Below are positions 1-11,372 of a stretch of DNA of 46,363 bases, piece after piece. The stretch is from NCBI GenBank assembly GCA_011109175.1, contig RDEW01000093.1, positions 1 to 46,363 of the forward strand. Direction: 5' to 3'. The stretch is from Dicyema japonicum. Taxonomy: Eukaryota; Animalia; Dicyemida. The notes below the pieces were generated by a model. It saw only the letters and a list, made by a program, of their open reading frames with translations. It made no database searches and was not told where the DNA came from. Position numbers and translations under genes: made by a program. Each line of letters starts with the position of its first letter. Position 1 is the stretch's first letter.

Positions 1-60
1 GGGTTGGTTCTTGTCACGTCTGCATATGGGCACCGGTTCGAGCATAGAAGAGTATCCGGC
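1..60 (-). mobile_element. CRE-clade non-LTR retrotransposon fragment (region just before the RLE endonuclease)
   Basis: Minus-strand translation AGYSSMLEPVPICRRDKNQP resembles AGHPSMLEPVVLCNREGKRP of the CRE copy at 16510-16570. Confidence 0.45.
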
Positions 61-559
61 AAAAAATACTCAGCCCTCGAAAATCCGTTCCATTTTTTTC
101 CTAATCACCTTTGAAATTTCTTTGGCGATTGGAAAAATTGTTTAAATAGCCATCGATAAATTGGGAATTCAATTTAGAATTCAGTTAGAGACCACCGTAA
201 ACTGAGCGGGTTCCCATGGCACCTTGGAATCCCCCATCGTCAGCTTTAATGATAAATATCCCCCGGCAGCTGGAGCTTGATTTGCTTTTATCGTTTAATA
301 AAGTTTATTTGTGGTGAGATAAATAATTTTTATTGGAATGATGTTCATTTTTATTTTCTGAAAATAAATATGCCAAGAATGCGTAACAGGGATAAAGTTT
401 TTTTATAATCGGATAATTTTACTATTTTATTAAACTTTTAAAATGCTACAAGTTAGTGAGCAGCTAACCATTGAGAGCCCATTTTCTCGTACGATTTGAC
501 AAATGCGCTATATCAGCTATTCTTCTCGGCTGTGCCTTCTTTTTTCTATCAACGAGCCG

Positions 560-1100
560 ATATCACGTAGAAATGAAAAAAAATTTGATCCACTTGTCTT
601 AGGAGACGTCAGGAACCTGACCTGCATCCATAAAGGCTATATCTCTTCTCTACACCACTGAAGAGATTTTCAAAATGGATAATATGAATAGACACGTTTT
701 ACTCAGTCTATGGTAACTTGAAATATCCTAATTAGCCGCTAATCGACTTTTGGCTTCTTTACGGTATATCTGGGATATAGGCAAACCTTGTGATTCTCTT
801 AGCCAATAAAGCAAAATAAAATACAATAATCCATTTTCTTAGAGCATAAAGATATCACTATTTTTATTTACAAATAAGAAAACAGTCAGACAGCTTCTTC
901 CTGACTGCGTAACTATTCCTTCTCAGGACGGTTAGCGAGATTCGCTCAAAAGCCAGATTATAACACTGAATGACGTGCGTTTTAGAATGAGTAATGATAC
1001 TTAATGATGCAATGCTAATTTCCAAACAATTGATTACCGATTGCTGTAAGACATGCTTTAGCATTGTCGAGCTCCTATCAATTAACTTGTAAATATTGCT
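560..1100 (+). mobile_element. Very degenerate non-LTR reverse transcriptase relic (tentative)
   Basis: Interrupted frames give DPLVLGDVRNLTCI (cf. NYRPITCL) and YIWDIGKPCDS (cf. WIDxxKAFDS). Many stops; motif match is weak. Confidence 0.25.
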
Positions 1101-2477
1101 ATTAATCAATGTTCAGCTTAAGTGAACTTGAATAAAACTTTAAAATTAATAATCAAATTTTTGTGTTCTTATTATTTAATGGTTACCAAATGATTGATCT
1201 TTGTACTGGTAAGTATCGAACAAACTCTGTTGATCGGTTTTGCCTGCAATAGAAGTTTCATTTAAAATAGTATTATTTCATTTTCTATCGGATTAAAGGC
1301 AAAGTTATTAATCATGAATTTAAGATGAGGAACGAGCCACAACATTATAGATTTTTATTTTTAATATAATTTAAAAATATAATTAAAATGTTAAATATTC
1401 AAATATATTAATAAATACAACTTAATGTCCATTTCATGGTCTCATTTCATATTATCGTTTTTCATAATTTCTGTAGTTTATTATTCAAATTATTTTAGAT
1501 CACAGGAGTACTTATTCTCATTCAATGGCTGAGATATCTGACTTTCTACCATAACTACAACCATTCCTTTTTAATGGATAAAAATTTTTCCATAATTTTT
1601 TCTGTAATGATCCTATCTGGTTTAACTTTCATAATCACATCTCTTCTTGACATTTCATTTCACATTTTTAAGGGCCTTTTTATCATTCCGGTTAAAATTT
1701 ACTAAAAATATTACTAGTATTTATTCTTTCTCGTGTTCTCACTCTCAATTTGTATTTTTTTTAGTTTATTCCAAACGGTTTATAAAAATAAGGTTTTTTG
1801 CTGCAATATTTTAGGGCTTTTCTTTTATTTTGAAGACAATTTATAATCAAATAACGAATTATTACGTAACTGACGTTTCTATGTGTTCAATGGATTTCTT
1901 ACAGCATATTGTAATTTGATGTCATATTCCGATAGATTGGGTGTTGTGGGGCTATCAACAGCTCCGACTGGAATAACACGCGGATTCCAGGTTCCTGCTA
2001 CATCAACCACAATTTGAATTCTGATTTGTCAGATCTTTTGTTCAAAAAAGTTGCTAAACGTGTTTAACTTTTGTAAAGCGATGCTTTATTCTTATACAGG
2101 AGTATGTGGAGAACAATATACCGCTTATTATAACCATTAATGTCATCATCCTGACATTAATTGTAAGTTTTTTTGTTATGGTAGAGTTTGCTGCTTATAA
2201 GAGAATGTTTTAGATTAATATTTGGCCGAAATAACTCTGATAGATGATGTATTAACTATTTTTTTGTTTAATGAATATTTTATTTTTTCCTGCGGTTTAC
2301 TTTAATTTTGTGGTTATCGTAGTAGTTGAATTAATCTCTCGTAAGAGTTAGTGGAGTTCATAACTTTTGGTATGGAATATGCTGAAATTTTTCATTTTTT
2401 GGGTCAAAGCAACGATTATCGAATTAAGTGTCATGATGGTTTTAAGATATTAACTTGGTAAATTAAGTAGAGATTAA

Positions 2478-2560
2478 ACAGCCCTCCCGATAAGAGGTAG
2501 GTAATTTTTTATTGCTTAAGCCCACCATAGGCAGAACTCACACTTTATTTTGAGAAGAAA
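2478..2560 (-). repeat. Short dispersed repeat, related to 34100-34175 and to the nested RTE-like end at 13112-13309
   Basis: Shared core cataggcagaactcacactttattt / ttagccagaactcactttattt / cataggcaggacacacactttattt. The 2478 and 34100 copies also share ccc(g/-)ataag(a/g)(g/a)gtaggtaat. Confidence 0.5.
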
Positions 2561-2724
2561 GAGAAGAAATGTTACCTAACCCAAGGCAGTAGAGATTATA
2601 TAGATTTATATTATTTTTGTCAGGTTGTGTTGTAATTTTTGGAGTTTTTTGAATTAAGAATAAGTTGAAAAGTATCTTCTCAGCATCGAATGTCCTATTC
2701 CTTCAAAAATGAAGAGATTAATAA

Positions 2725-3030
2725 TTTTTTATTTAATAACCCCGGATATAATGGAAAGCGGCTAAGAATTAATTAACGTCTTATTCACGGATATCCAGTT
2801 CTACTACTGGAATGGAACGAATCCTGCACAAGCGTCCGCCATTGTGGGAACTCCTCCAGTAGAGAAGCGAAGAGATTGACCTTTTTTGATGTCGAAATTT
2901 GGCTCCTACTGAGAATGGTGGATCAACTAATGTATTTTAGCATTAGATGAAGGTACAGAGCATAACGAAATTTTTCTACCAGGTAGTGGAGTGAGAATAG
3001 ATCTTAAAGCTAATAGCAACACGAGGGACA
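2725..3030 (-). mobile_element. 3' end of a LINE (Jockey/I-like), degenerate
   Basis: Ends in ccggggttattaaataaaaaa on the minus strand, the same terminal motif as the LINE end at 7526-7550 (ccggggttaataaataataa). Confidence 0.45.
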
Positions 3031-3039
3031 ACATAACCA

Positions 3040-3330
3040 CTATTATTATTTAACCCTCTAAAATCGAACAAGGAGGGGTTCAACCATCTAATTATGGGAC
3101 CCCGGAAGGCTTCAACGGGCATGAGAGGTTTTCTCTTCAGTTTTTCTGTATCCACGATGCTTCTCTTTTAGAAAGATTTGGAGAGGTTGATTTTTTCTGA
3201 ATCTAAGATTTTCGGCGGCTTCTTCCACTGATCGAATAAATGATTAGATTCAGCGGCGCAGAGAGTGAGGAAACAGGACACATTAATTCGATTGCAGAGA
3301 ATAACCACTATGCTACCTGGGGACAGATTA
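3040..3330 (-). mobile_element. 3' end of a LINE, degenerate
   Basis: Minus-strand tail gggttaaataataatagt like the neighbouring LINE ends; GC-richer degenerate coding-like sequence upstream. Confidence 0.35.
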
Positions 3331-3556
3331 ATAATTAGAGGATAAAATACAAATTTCCAGGTTCAATTGTTAATGATTTTAATGGTCATAATTTATGCGA
3401 AAATATAGAATTAATGAATATTGATAAAATGTATACTTATAAAAATAGTTCATGAAATTTAAGATTATTATTTTCCAAATGGATATTAAGTCCCTCAAGG
3501 ACACTTAGAAAAAATATTTATTAAATAAAATTTATTGCAGAACATTACACTCGATT

Positions 3557-4390
3557 TTGTTCAAATGTATTGATGTAACAAATGTCGACCTATCTACTTC
3601 CTCGGAATGGTCATCCAAGGGAAATAACGGCCCACGGAGCGAAGCATTGTACTGTCTTCTGCAAGACAGGAATTTGTTTTTCGCACACACGGGTTCAATT
3701 TGCAACCATCGTAAAAAAAGCAAGAAAACTGTTGATCATTTGGCCACTCAGTGTGGTAAAATGCTAAATAGTGATTATCTCCGAAGACATAATAAAGTGG
3801 TAAAGTGCATCCATCTTCATCTTTGTCGAATTTATGGAATCAAAAGAAGCAGGAAATTGAAAGGACATTCGGTTCAGTCAATATTGACGAATCAAAATGT
3901 CGAAATCAGAGTTGACACGTCGATTATGACAGAAACAAAAGTCAAATTCAATAAACCTGATATTTTTGTTTATGACAAAACAAAAAAGGAAGTAGCCTTA
4001 ATCGAAGCGGCAATTACCTCACAAGACCCACTAAAGCAAGTTAAAGTTGAGAAACTTTATAAATATGACTTGCTTGCAAATGAACTTTCGCTGCTTTATG
4101 AATGCCAAGTGAAGATTATTCCAATGGTTTTGACATGGGATAGAGTTGTCTCAAGATGCTTCAAGAATCATATGAATAAATTATCTATTAAAGAATCAAC
4201 GAGGACTTACATCCAATCGGTTGTTCTGAAGAGAACGCTCGAAAGTATGCTCATTGAACATAAGCATGGGATGATGGTATACAATGAAGAGTACGCCTCT
4301 GCTACCTCCCAACTTGTGGAACTGGCATGCCGTGAGGACAGCCCACTGGACTCTAACGGAGATATTTCGACTGAATCTGATCGGGAGTAA
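3557..4390 (+). mobile_element. 5'-truncated R4/NeSL-type non-LTR retrotransposon: C-terminal CCHC finger plus restriction-like endonuclease (RLE), open 277-codon frame
   Basis: Motifs CNHRKK..TVDHLATQC, YLRRHNKV, KPDIFVYDK..KEVALIEAAI and EKLYKYDLLANEL (PD-(D/E)xK RLE). Confidence 0.85.
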
Positions 4391-4499
4391 CAGGGAGTTT
4401 ATGGCACACTTTTCTTCTAAGAGAAGAAGAAGGATTACTAACAATCTGGATCAAAATCCGCTTAATTAGTTAATTTACTCGTTATAAACAAATATAAAA

Positions 4500-4825
4500 T
4501 GTTTATCTCCCAAATGGCCGCATGATTCCATGTTGCTGACTACATGATTTAAGATTCATCTACTTCTCTCTGGTTGCGTCATTAGATCCACCTTACTAAA
4601 GAGACGGCCAATGCCTGTCCAGCATTCAAAAGGATCCATTTATTCATTCCACGGGAATAATTTCGACCTCTGGCTACGAGTTCTGGAATTGACCTCAACT
4701 CCTATGACAAAGCTTTTTGAATCACTGTTCTTGGATGAGGGTTCTTCTGGAAAGCTTCAGGATCAAGAAATTAGTTAGTTCGATTTTACCCTTGATCTAT
4801 GGAATATTTAATTTAAATTTTAATA
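4500..4825 (+). mobile_element. LINE 3'-end fragment with (ATTTA)n-like tail, same family as 27830-28060 (minus)
   Basis: Shared blocks gcgtcatt(a/g)gatccacctt, agttctggaa and caggatcaa...ttagttagtt; both end in atttaattta. Confidence 0.5.
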
Positions 4826-5129
4826 GAGGAAGAGAAAAGACAGCTGCGAAGAAAGAAGACTGATTGTTCGCAAATCTTTAAAAAAAATTCTATCTCTATC
4901 ATGAGATCTGATAACTAATAATAACATTTTTCCTTTATTTCCTTAGTAAATTATTCGAATTGAATAAATTATGCGGAAACTATTAAGATTCAGCAACCGA
5001 GAATACTTCGCTGATGCCTTGAAACCTAGAGGACAGGAAGACCTCAATTTTCTAATGGGTTTGTCGTGTTACTAGAAAATATAAAGAGCTCAATCCTTGT
5101 CTGGAAGTATATAATTAATTATAACGTAT

Positions 5130-5830
5130 ATGATTCTATGCTTGGTGATAATAAAGTCGACCAATCATTTACCGATCGATAGAGTATTTTTCTAAGAAAA
5201 TATCTGGCGTCATTTTACGGAAATATCCTACTCTTGTTGGTTCTCTCATGTTTGTGGACTATATTAAAACTAAAAAACATCGATTTGAATCTCAGACACG
5301 AGAATTGGAAAAATCGTGGATGATTTGTTCATCCCCACATTTTGAGGTTGTTGCCAATTATTAAGTATTATATCATATTATTTTATTATTACAAAACCGC
5401 AAATATTCATTTGTGAGTGTCGGTCAGAATTCAGATATTTCTGGTTCGAATTTCTCTGCTTATATATTTTGTCTGATGGTTCATGCATATGCGACACCCC
5501 TTTACTTAGCAAGTGACGCCGTCACCAATAAGGAAATCAACGCGGAATTGGATTGTCTACTTGGATCTCACGGAATCAATAGAAAAAAAGTTGAGAATAC
5601 TCTGCTTTGGCCCCCTTCAATATTTCTTTAAATAAAAGTTTGTGTTTTTTCCACTTGAAAGTTAGTGGTGTAAACTTAATTATATACCCCCCGATTCCTT
5701 CGAGTGAAAGAAACCAATGGCTTCCAGAGATCCGTAGGGTGTATTTATTGCTGTGTAGAACTTGGAGGTGCACCCGGACAAGAAAAGTGGCCCGTAATCT
5801 GGTCGACTGTTGGAAGCATTACTACACCCC
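5130..5830 (+). pseudogene. Possible relic of a Ras-superfamily small GTPase gene (tentative)
   Basis: Fragments in different frames and in the expected order: MLGDNKVDQS (degenerate G1), YPTL, SDT, GVNLIIY, QWLPEI, PVI-LV. There is also a 25-nt GT-AG candidate intron after WLPEI. Confidence 0.25.
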
Positions 5831-6101
5831 TACGAAAAAGAGATTTATTAAAATTATTAATTCTTTTTGAATATCCTCCAAAATTCTATTATCCTTAATT
5901 ACAATTTTTTGGTTCTCTATGTTTATGATTTTTCCTGTTCAGGTCTATGAATTAAGTAATTCGAGTTTATTCAAACATTTTAAATCAATTAAGTAAATCG
6001 GTCAATAATGTACACTTGACCCTCGCAAATTAGCCATCTTTGAATCCTTATAATTTTGTGGCTAATTTAAAAAACTAATTTGTGATAAGCAAAAGTCCTA
6101 T

Positions 6102-6848
6102 TTGTTTTGTGTCTTCGAAAAGAAGAAAGAGTCCCTTGAAAAGACGGAAGATGTAAGAAGGCTTGCCTGCCTCAAAACAGCCAGTTGTTACTCGACGGGG
6201 GCCTGGAGGAACGCTTATCCATCTGCCGAAATTGGAAACCTGTTGGATGATGAGGCTGTGAGAATAGCTACCTCGCTTCGTCTTGGTCTTAAATTGTGTG
6301 CCGAAAGAAAATGCCGCTGTGGACGTTGGATCGATCCTTTTGGTTATTATCCCTTGTCATGCAAGATGAGTGCGGGTCGTTTCCCCAGGCACTCCTGTCT
6401 TAACATGACATTAAAGAATTCCCTTGCTTCTGCTGGACACCATTGCCTGTTAGAACCTGCTGGTCTTTCCTGAAACGATGGAAAACGCCCTGATGGGATG
6501 ACGACTTTTCCATTCGCCAACGGACGAAACCTGATCTGGGACGCGACGTGTGTTGATACTTATTCCCCGTCTAATTTGGTTGCTTCTGCTTCAGACCCAG
6601 GACATGCTTCAAAGCAGACCGAGGAACGAAAGAGGAGGAAGTACCAGAGAATTTCGGAGGAGTATCTTTTTGTTCCATTTGCGGTGGAAACGTCAGGAAT
6701 CCTTGGCCCCCAAGCAGATGAGTTGGTTCGTAAGATCGGCTCCATGATTCAAGCTGTGACCAAGGATCCGCGAGAGACTGGTTGGTTCCGAGAACGTATC
6801 TCGTTGGCTATTGTTAGGGGAAATAGCATGGCCATTCAGATGCCTTAA
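6102..6848 (+). mobile_element. 5'-truncated CRE-clade retrotransposon (CCHC plus RLE), one in-frame TGA at 6471-6473, A-rich tail to about 6960
   Basis: Motifs TGAWRNAYP, CRCG..DPFGYYPLSC, SAGRFPRH, LEPAGLS*NDGKRPDGMT, WDATCVDT, FVPFAVETSG and RISLAIVRGN. Confidence 0.88.
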
Positions 6849-7039
6849 TTTAATTTTTATTCTTTTTATTCTTTTTTCACTTAACTAATCTATTTTTGAA
6901 AAAAAATTAAAAAAAATAAAAAAATAAAAAAAAAATTTAAAAAACAAAAATCAATAATTTTGAACAACAATTTTTTAAATGTGTTAAATAAAAAAATATA
7001 TTCAAGGTTAAGTTCGTTATTGAAGTTATTTAAAACTGA

Positions 7040-7400
7040 AACAATTCCTGATCATCTCTTCGGATACGTCTTCCCAAGTCATTTTTGTAAAATAGACTGA
7101 ATCCTTGCGGCCTTAGTAGTTATAAAAGTATCATTTAAAAAACCACCTTGAAAATCGATTTTTCGAAAACTACCTTTAGACTATAATACATTCAACCAAC
7201 TTCTTTTCAAGCTATAGAAACTTTGATTTATGTGGTTAAAAGATGGTTGATATTTTTTAGAATCTTGAATTTTTCAAGATGATATCCTTTTTCAGTAAAC
7301 GATTATTTATTGTTTTTCGAAACATGTTTAAGAATATATCAGTTAACTGCTCTGACGAAGTAGCATTATTTTCTTTTTTATAATTAACAATATTCCAACA
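7040..7400 (-). mobile_element. Degenerate pogo/Tigger-like (DDE_1) transposase fragment
   Basis: Minus-strand MTWEDVSEEMIRNCF matches the pogo C-terminal AWxxVxxxTIxNCF motif; upstream YQPSFNHINQSFYSLK resembles LQPxDxGIIxxFK. Confidence 0.4.
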
Positions 7401-7519
7401 AGAGTTAAATAGAGTATAGGGTGCACTCCGGAAGACACAACTTTTGTGACATAGACACAGAGTAGTGTTTGAGATAGATTTAGCTCATATTTAAAGTAAG
7501 TGTTAGATATAGACTTGTT

Positions 7520-7860
7520 TTATTATTATTTATTAACCCCGGATACACCCAGAAAGAAGTTAAGTATACAACTAATTAAGTGTATCCAGTTTCCACTTTT
7601 ACAGAAACAGAGACCATCCGGAATCAACTTAAAAGGTAAAAGACGTCTATAGTTGCAGTTGTGGAGACCCCTCCAGTGGAGTGGGGGAGAGCAAATGATC
7701 CTTTTTCGTGCCGGCCTAGCACTGGGCGCCACCTAGACAGGTGGATCACATGATGCCACTCTAATAGGAAAAAAGAGGAGGAACAGAAGAACAAAACTGA
7801 AACTTTAACCAATTAGCCACGAAGCATCACATGGCGCCACGCGGCTATTTTTCCATCACA
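7520..7860 (-). mobile_element. LINE 3'-end fragment with (TAA)n tail
   Basis: Minus-strand CFCKSGNWIHLISC (CCHC-like), followed by ggggttaataaataataataa. Confidence 0.5.
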
Positions 7861-7879
7861 ATTCTTAAGGCAAGTTAAT

Positions 7880-10740
7880 GTTTTTATTTATTTATTTAAC
7901 ACCCAAGACCACGGTAAAACCAAAACTAACTATCACGTGATCCCGATGCGCTCCGCCAAAATCCTCATTTTTTCCCGGTGCTCCTGCCTCGTACCCACAC
8001 AAGCTTGTACAGGGCGGCTGACTGTATTTGCAGGGCCACCTTCCCGCATGCCGGAGTTTTGTTTAATGAGGGCCTCCAGAGTAGTCGGTCCGGTTCTGTG
8101 TCTCCCACAAGACCATCGCTCCGTCATTCTGAAAGCTTTCTTTTAAACGTCCTCGATTTTCTTAGTATTCGTCCATGATAATGAAGGTCCCCACGAAGCA
8201 CACGCGTACGAGAAGCATGGTTCGATGTATTGCTTGTAAATGTTCATCAAGACCGGGTAGGTACCTGTCTTCCATATTCCAGATAAACATTTTTATACAT
8301 TGATCCTCCTCTCGCACTTCAGAACAATGTTTGCCACGTGTTGTGACAAACATAAGTGTGTATCCAGTGTCACGCCCAGGATTTTCTGACATTTGGTGAA
8401 GGGAATTTCAATGTTGTCCAATTTGAACTTGACAGTCATCCTCCCCAATTTTTTATCCGAAGTAAACATAGACGTGACCGACTTTCTGGAATTTATCGTG
8501 AGTCGGTTCTTCATTACCCAGGCGTTGAGTGGGTCTAAGTTAATTTGTAATCTTTCTGTAGCATTTTGGATATCCCGATCACGCGAGGCCAAAACAATGT
8601 CGTCCGCATATGTGAGTAGAACATCGTTATTTGATTCCGGTGTCGGGAGGTCTTTCAGGTATAAATTAAATAAGGCGGGGGGAAAAGGAGATCCTTGGGG
8701 GACACCGTTTGGGAAAAGACGTGAGACTGATTTCAGCCCTCTGAGGCATACACGTCCTCTTCGTCCACTTAAGAAATTTGTTATCCAAAGTTTAAGTTTT
8801 CCCGGGATCTCAGACTGGAAAATTTTCTTTGATAATATTTTTATCGAAATAGAATCAAAGGCCTTGTTAATATCAATGAAACATAAAATTGTTTTCAAAT
8901 GCCTTGGTTTGTTTGAAAAACCATTTCTAATTAAATTGGTTAATTTCTGTAGGTACGTTGATGTAGAACAATCGCTCTTGAATCCGTTGAAAATCCTTTT
9001 CTGGTAAGAAAGCCTTGATTCTCCCAATCACAAGCCTTTCCAGGATTTTCGATATGGAACATAACAATGACACAGGTCTAAATGATGCCGGATCTTCCTT
9101 AGGTTTCCCAGGTTTCAGTATAGGTCGGATGTTGGCTTGCTTCCATAACAACGGTATTACATTACAATTAATTGAATGGTTATACACCTACGTTGGAAAA
9201 CCGACTACAATATCTCCAAGGTTCTTCGATAACACTACTGGAATGTTGTCGGGACCGGCAGAGTACGTTGTTCTTGTAAAACGCAGCGCCTTCTTCACGT
9301 CTTAATCCGAGAAGTAAACTGGGTTAGAATCCTTCTTCAGTTTTCTCCATGAAGAGAGAAGCACTTCCGACTTCCTGTGTTCCTTGTACAAAATTTTTGT
9401 GTAGAATTTTATCAAATTGTTAACGTCTCGTTGAGTATAGTCATCCTCGGGGGAAGTTTCTTCTCCATTTGCAACATTTCGAATGGCTTTCCACACTTCT
9501 CCGGTACTACGGTTGCGATTTACATTTGTAAGAATCCGATTCCACTTCAATTTCTGGGCCTTGAACTCTCTGGCCTTTATTTCGTTGTTTAAAGCTCTGA
9601 TACGGAGTTTCGTTTTTAATGTGATCCAATTAAATTTTTTGAGGTGATTTCTTTCTTTGATCAATGCCGACTTCCCTCGACCATTAGAAGAGTTTAGACG
9701 ATGCTTGGGAATGGCCAATGATCTTGCTTCTGGGATTGTCAAGTAAAGTATTTGATCGCTTTTTCTAGCGATTTGAAGCTGACCAAGTCAGAATTCTTCA
9801 GTCTATCATCAGAGATTGAGCGATACAATTTCCAATTAGCAGCTTTGTAGTTATAACTAGCAGGTGTTCTCCTCACTCTGACTTCTCTCATGACCTCTGA
9901 CCAAGTCAGAATTCTTCAGTCTATCATCAGAGATTGAGCGATACAATTTCCAATTAGCAGCTTTGTAGTTATAACTAGCAGGTGTTCTCCTCACTCTGAC
10001 TTCTCTCATGACCTTCATCACAATTGGATTATGGTCGCTTCTTGTTTCGTAGAAAACTGTCCACTCAATTTTTGATGAAAGCGATGATGAGCAGAGTGTT
10101 ACATCCGGTGAGGTAAGCTGATCCGTCTCTCTGAGCGGGGTCCTTGTATTTTTCGCTGGATCGTTCAGTATCGTTAGGGAGTCCGATTTCAATAACAATA
10201 GCTTCCTTCTCGTGTCGGCATGTTGGGTTGACAACCATAATGGGTGCTTTGTAAATCTCCACATATGATTATCTCATCGTAGATAGGCAATCTTGATAGG
10301 TTTGGAATAACATAGTCCTTTGGGCAGAAGCCGGGAGGAGGCAAGTAGATATTCGCGAGGAACATACTTCCTTTCGTTGTCCCAAGCGAGATTCCAATTG
10401 CCTCAGTAACCTCGTCATTTCCAACAAGTTTTCTCACTTCCGAAGTAATGTCTCTGCATTTCAAATTCTTTTTGAATAGAGTAAGTAATCCACCCCCTCT
10501 TCTCTTTTTACGGTCTATCCTGATTGCCTCGTATCTAGGGAATGAAAAAGTGGAATCATTCATGCGGAGTTTAGTTTCTTGAATCATGGCCACGTCGATC
10601 TTCTGATTTGCCAAGATTGACGAAGTTCCCTGACCTTGCCTTTACTTCCGTTGATGTTCAATTGGAGAGCAGTGAATTTCCTTTCTCCACAGTGGGCTGA
10701 GGGTTTTCGCCGGGAATGTTTGGACTTTTTTGAAGCACAT
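7880..10740 (-). mobile_element. Near-full-length Jockey/I-type LINE ORF2 (APE plus RT), frameshifted
   Basis: APE motifs QLNING, IQETKL, NIYLPP, GDL, SDHNPI. RT motifs KPGKP..DPASFRPVSLL, QRGF, IDINKAFDSI, GVPQGS, YADD, ILGVTLD. A-rich tail near 7880. Confidence 0.9.
9780..10015. repeat. 118-bp tandem duplication inside the LINE
   Basis: tgaccaagtcagaattc...ctctcatgacc starts at both 9780 and 9898. Confidence 0.9.
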
Positions 10741-11030
10741 CGCCGGGGGTCGATAATGACCCCGGGAGGAAGGGGTCTAATAGTCCTTTTCGGGAGGGTN
10801 ATAAAATTTAAATATCTTAAAATTAGCTTTCTTAATTAGATCACAGTTGAGAAAAATGTCTAAAAAGCAAGGGATACAAAAGGATGCATCTTGTCTAAAG
10901 TTCCTTACGTTCAATGCTAAACGCCTATCTACAACCTGGTCGAAATAGATTCTTTGTGACGATCTGTAGAGATACGATGTATCTTTCTGGTGCCTATAAG
11001 AGACGAAAGTTACTTGTAGCCTTGATGATA

Positions 11031-11372
11031 ACTATGGCGAATTTCGAATAATATGTTACCGAGCGACTCCAAATATTATAGACTTGGATTTGCCATCCAC
11101 TCAAAGTTGACAAGTGCAGCTCACCGTATATGGAGTGTGAATGACAGGATCTGTGTTATACAACCAAATAGATTATGTCATATGCTGAACTAAAGACAAT
11201 CACTATGGCGAATTTCGAATAATATGTTACCGAGCGACTCCAAATATTATAGACTTGGATTTGCCATCCACTCAAAGTTGACAAGTGCAGCTCACCGTAT
11301 ATGGAGTGTGAATGACAGGATCTGTGTTATACAACCAAATAGATTATGTCATATGCTGGACTAAAGACAATC
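11031..11372. repeat. 171-bp tandem duplication inside the RTE (1 mismatch)
   Basis: actatggcgaatttcg...gacaatc starts at both 11031 and 11202. Confidence 0.9.

Noticed and set aside
1400-2400. Possible Penelope GIY-YIG/RT relic
   Set aside because: Only vague similarities and no convincing motif in any frame.
6471-6473. In-frame TGA as stop-codon reassignment or readthrough
   Set aside because: Most simply a CGA-to-TGA mutation in a truncated TE; PSMA7 uses TGA as its stop and TGG for Trp.
8393-9305. Plus-strand ORFs of 204 aa and 96 aa (also 18019-18744 minus and 16294-16962 minus)
   Set aside because: Antisense shadows of retrotransposon coding sequence.
10700-10799. HDV-like ribozyme at the LINE 5' end
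   Set aside because: Could not build P1, P1.1 or a canonical J4/2 by hand, and the sequence is cut at n10800.
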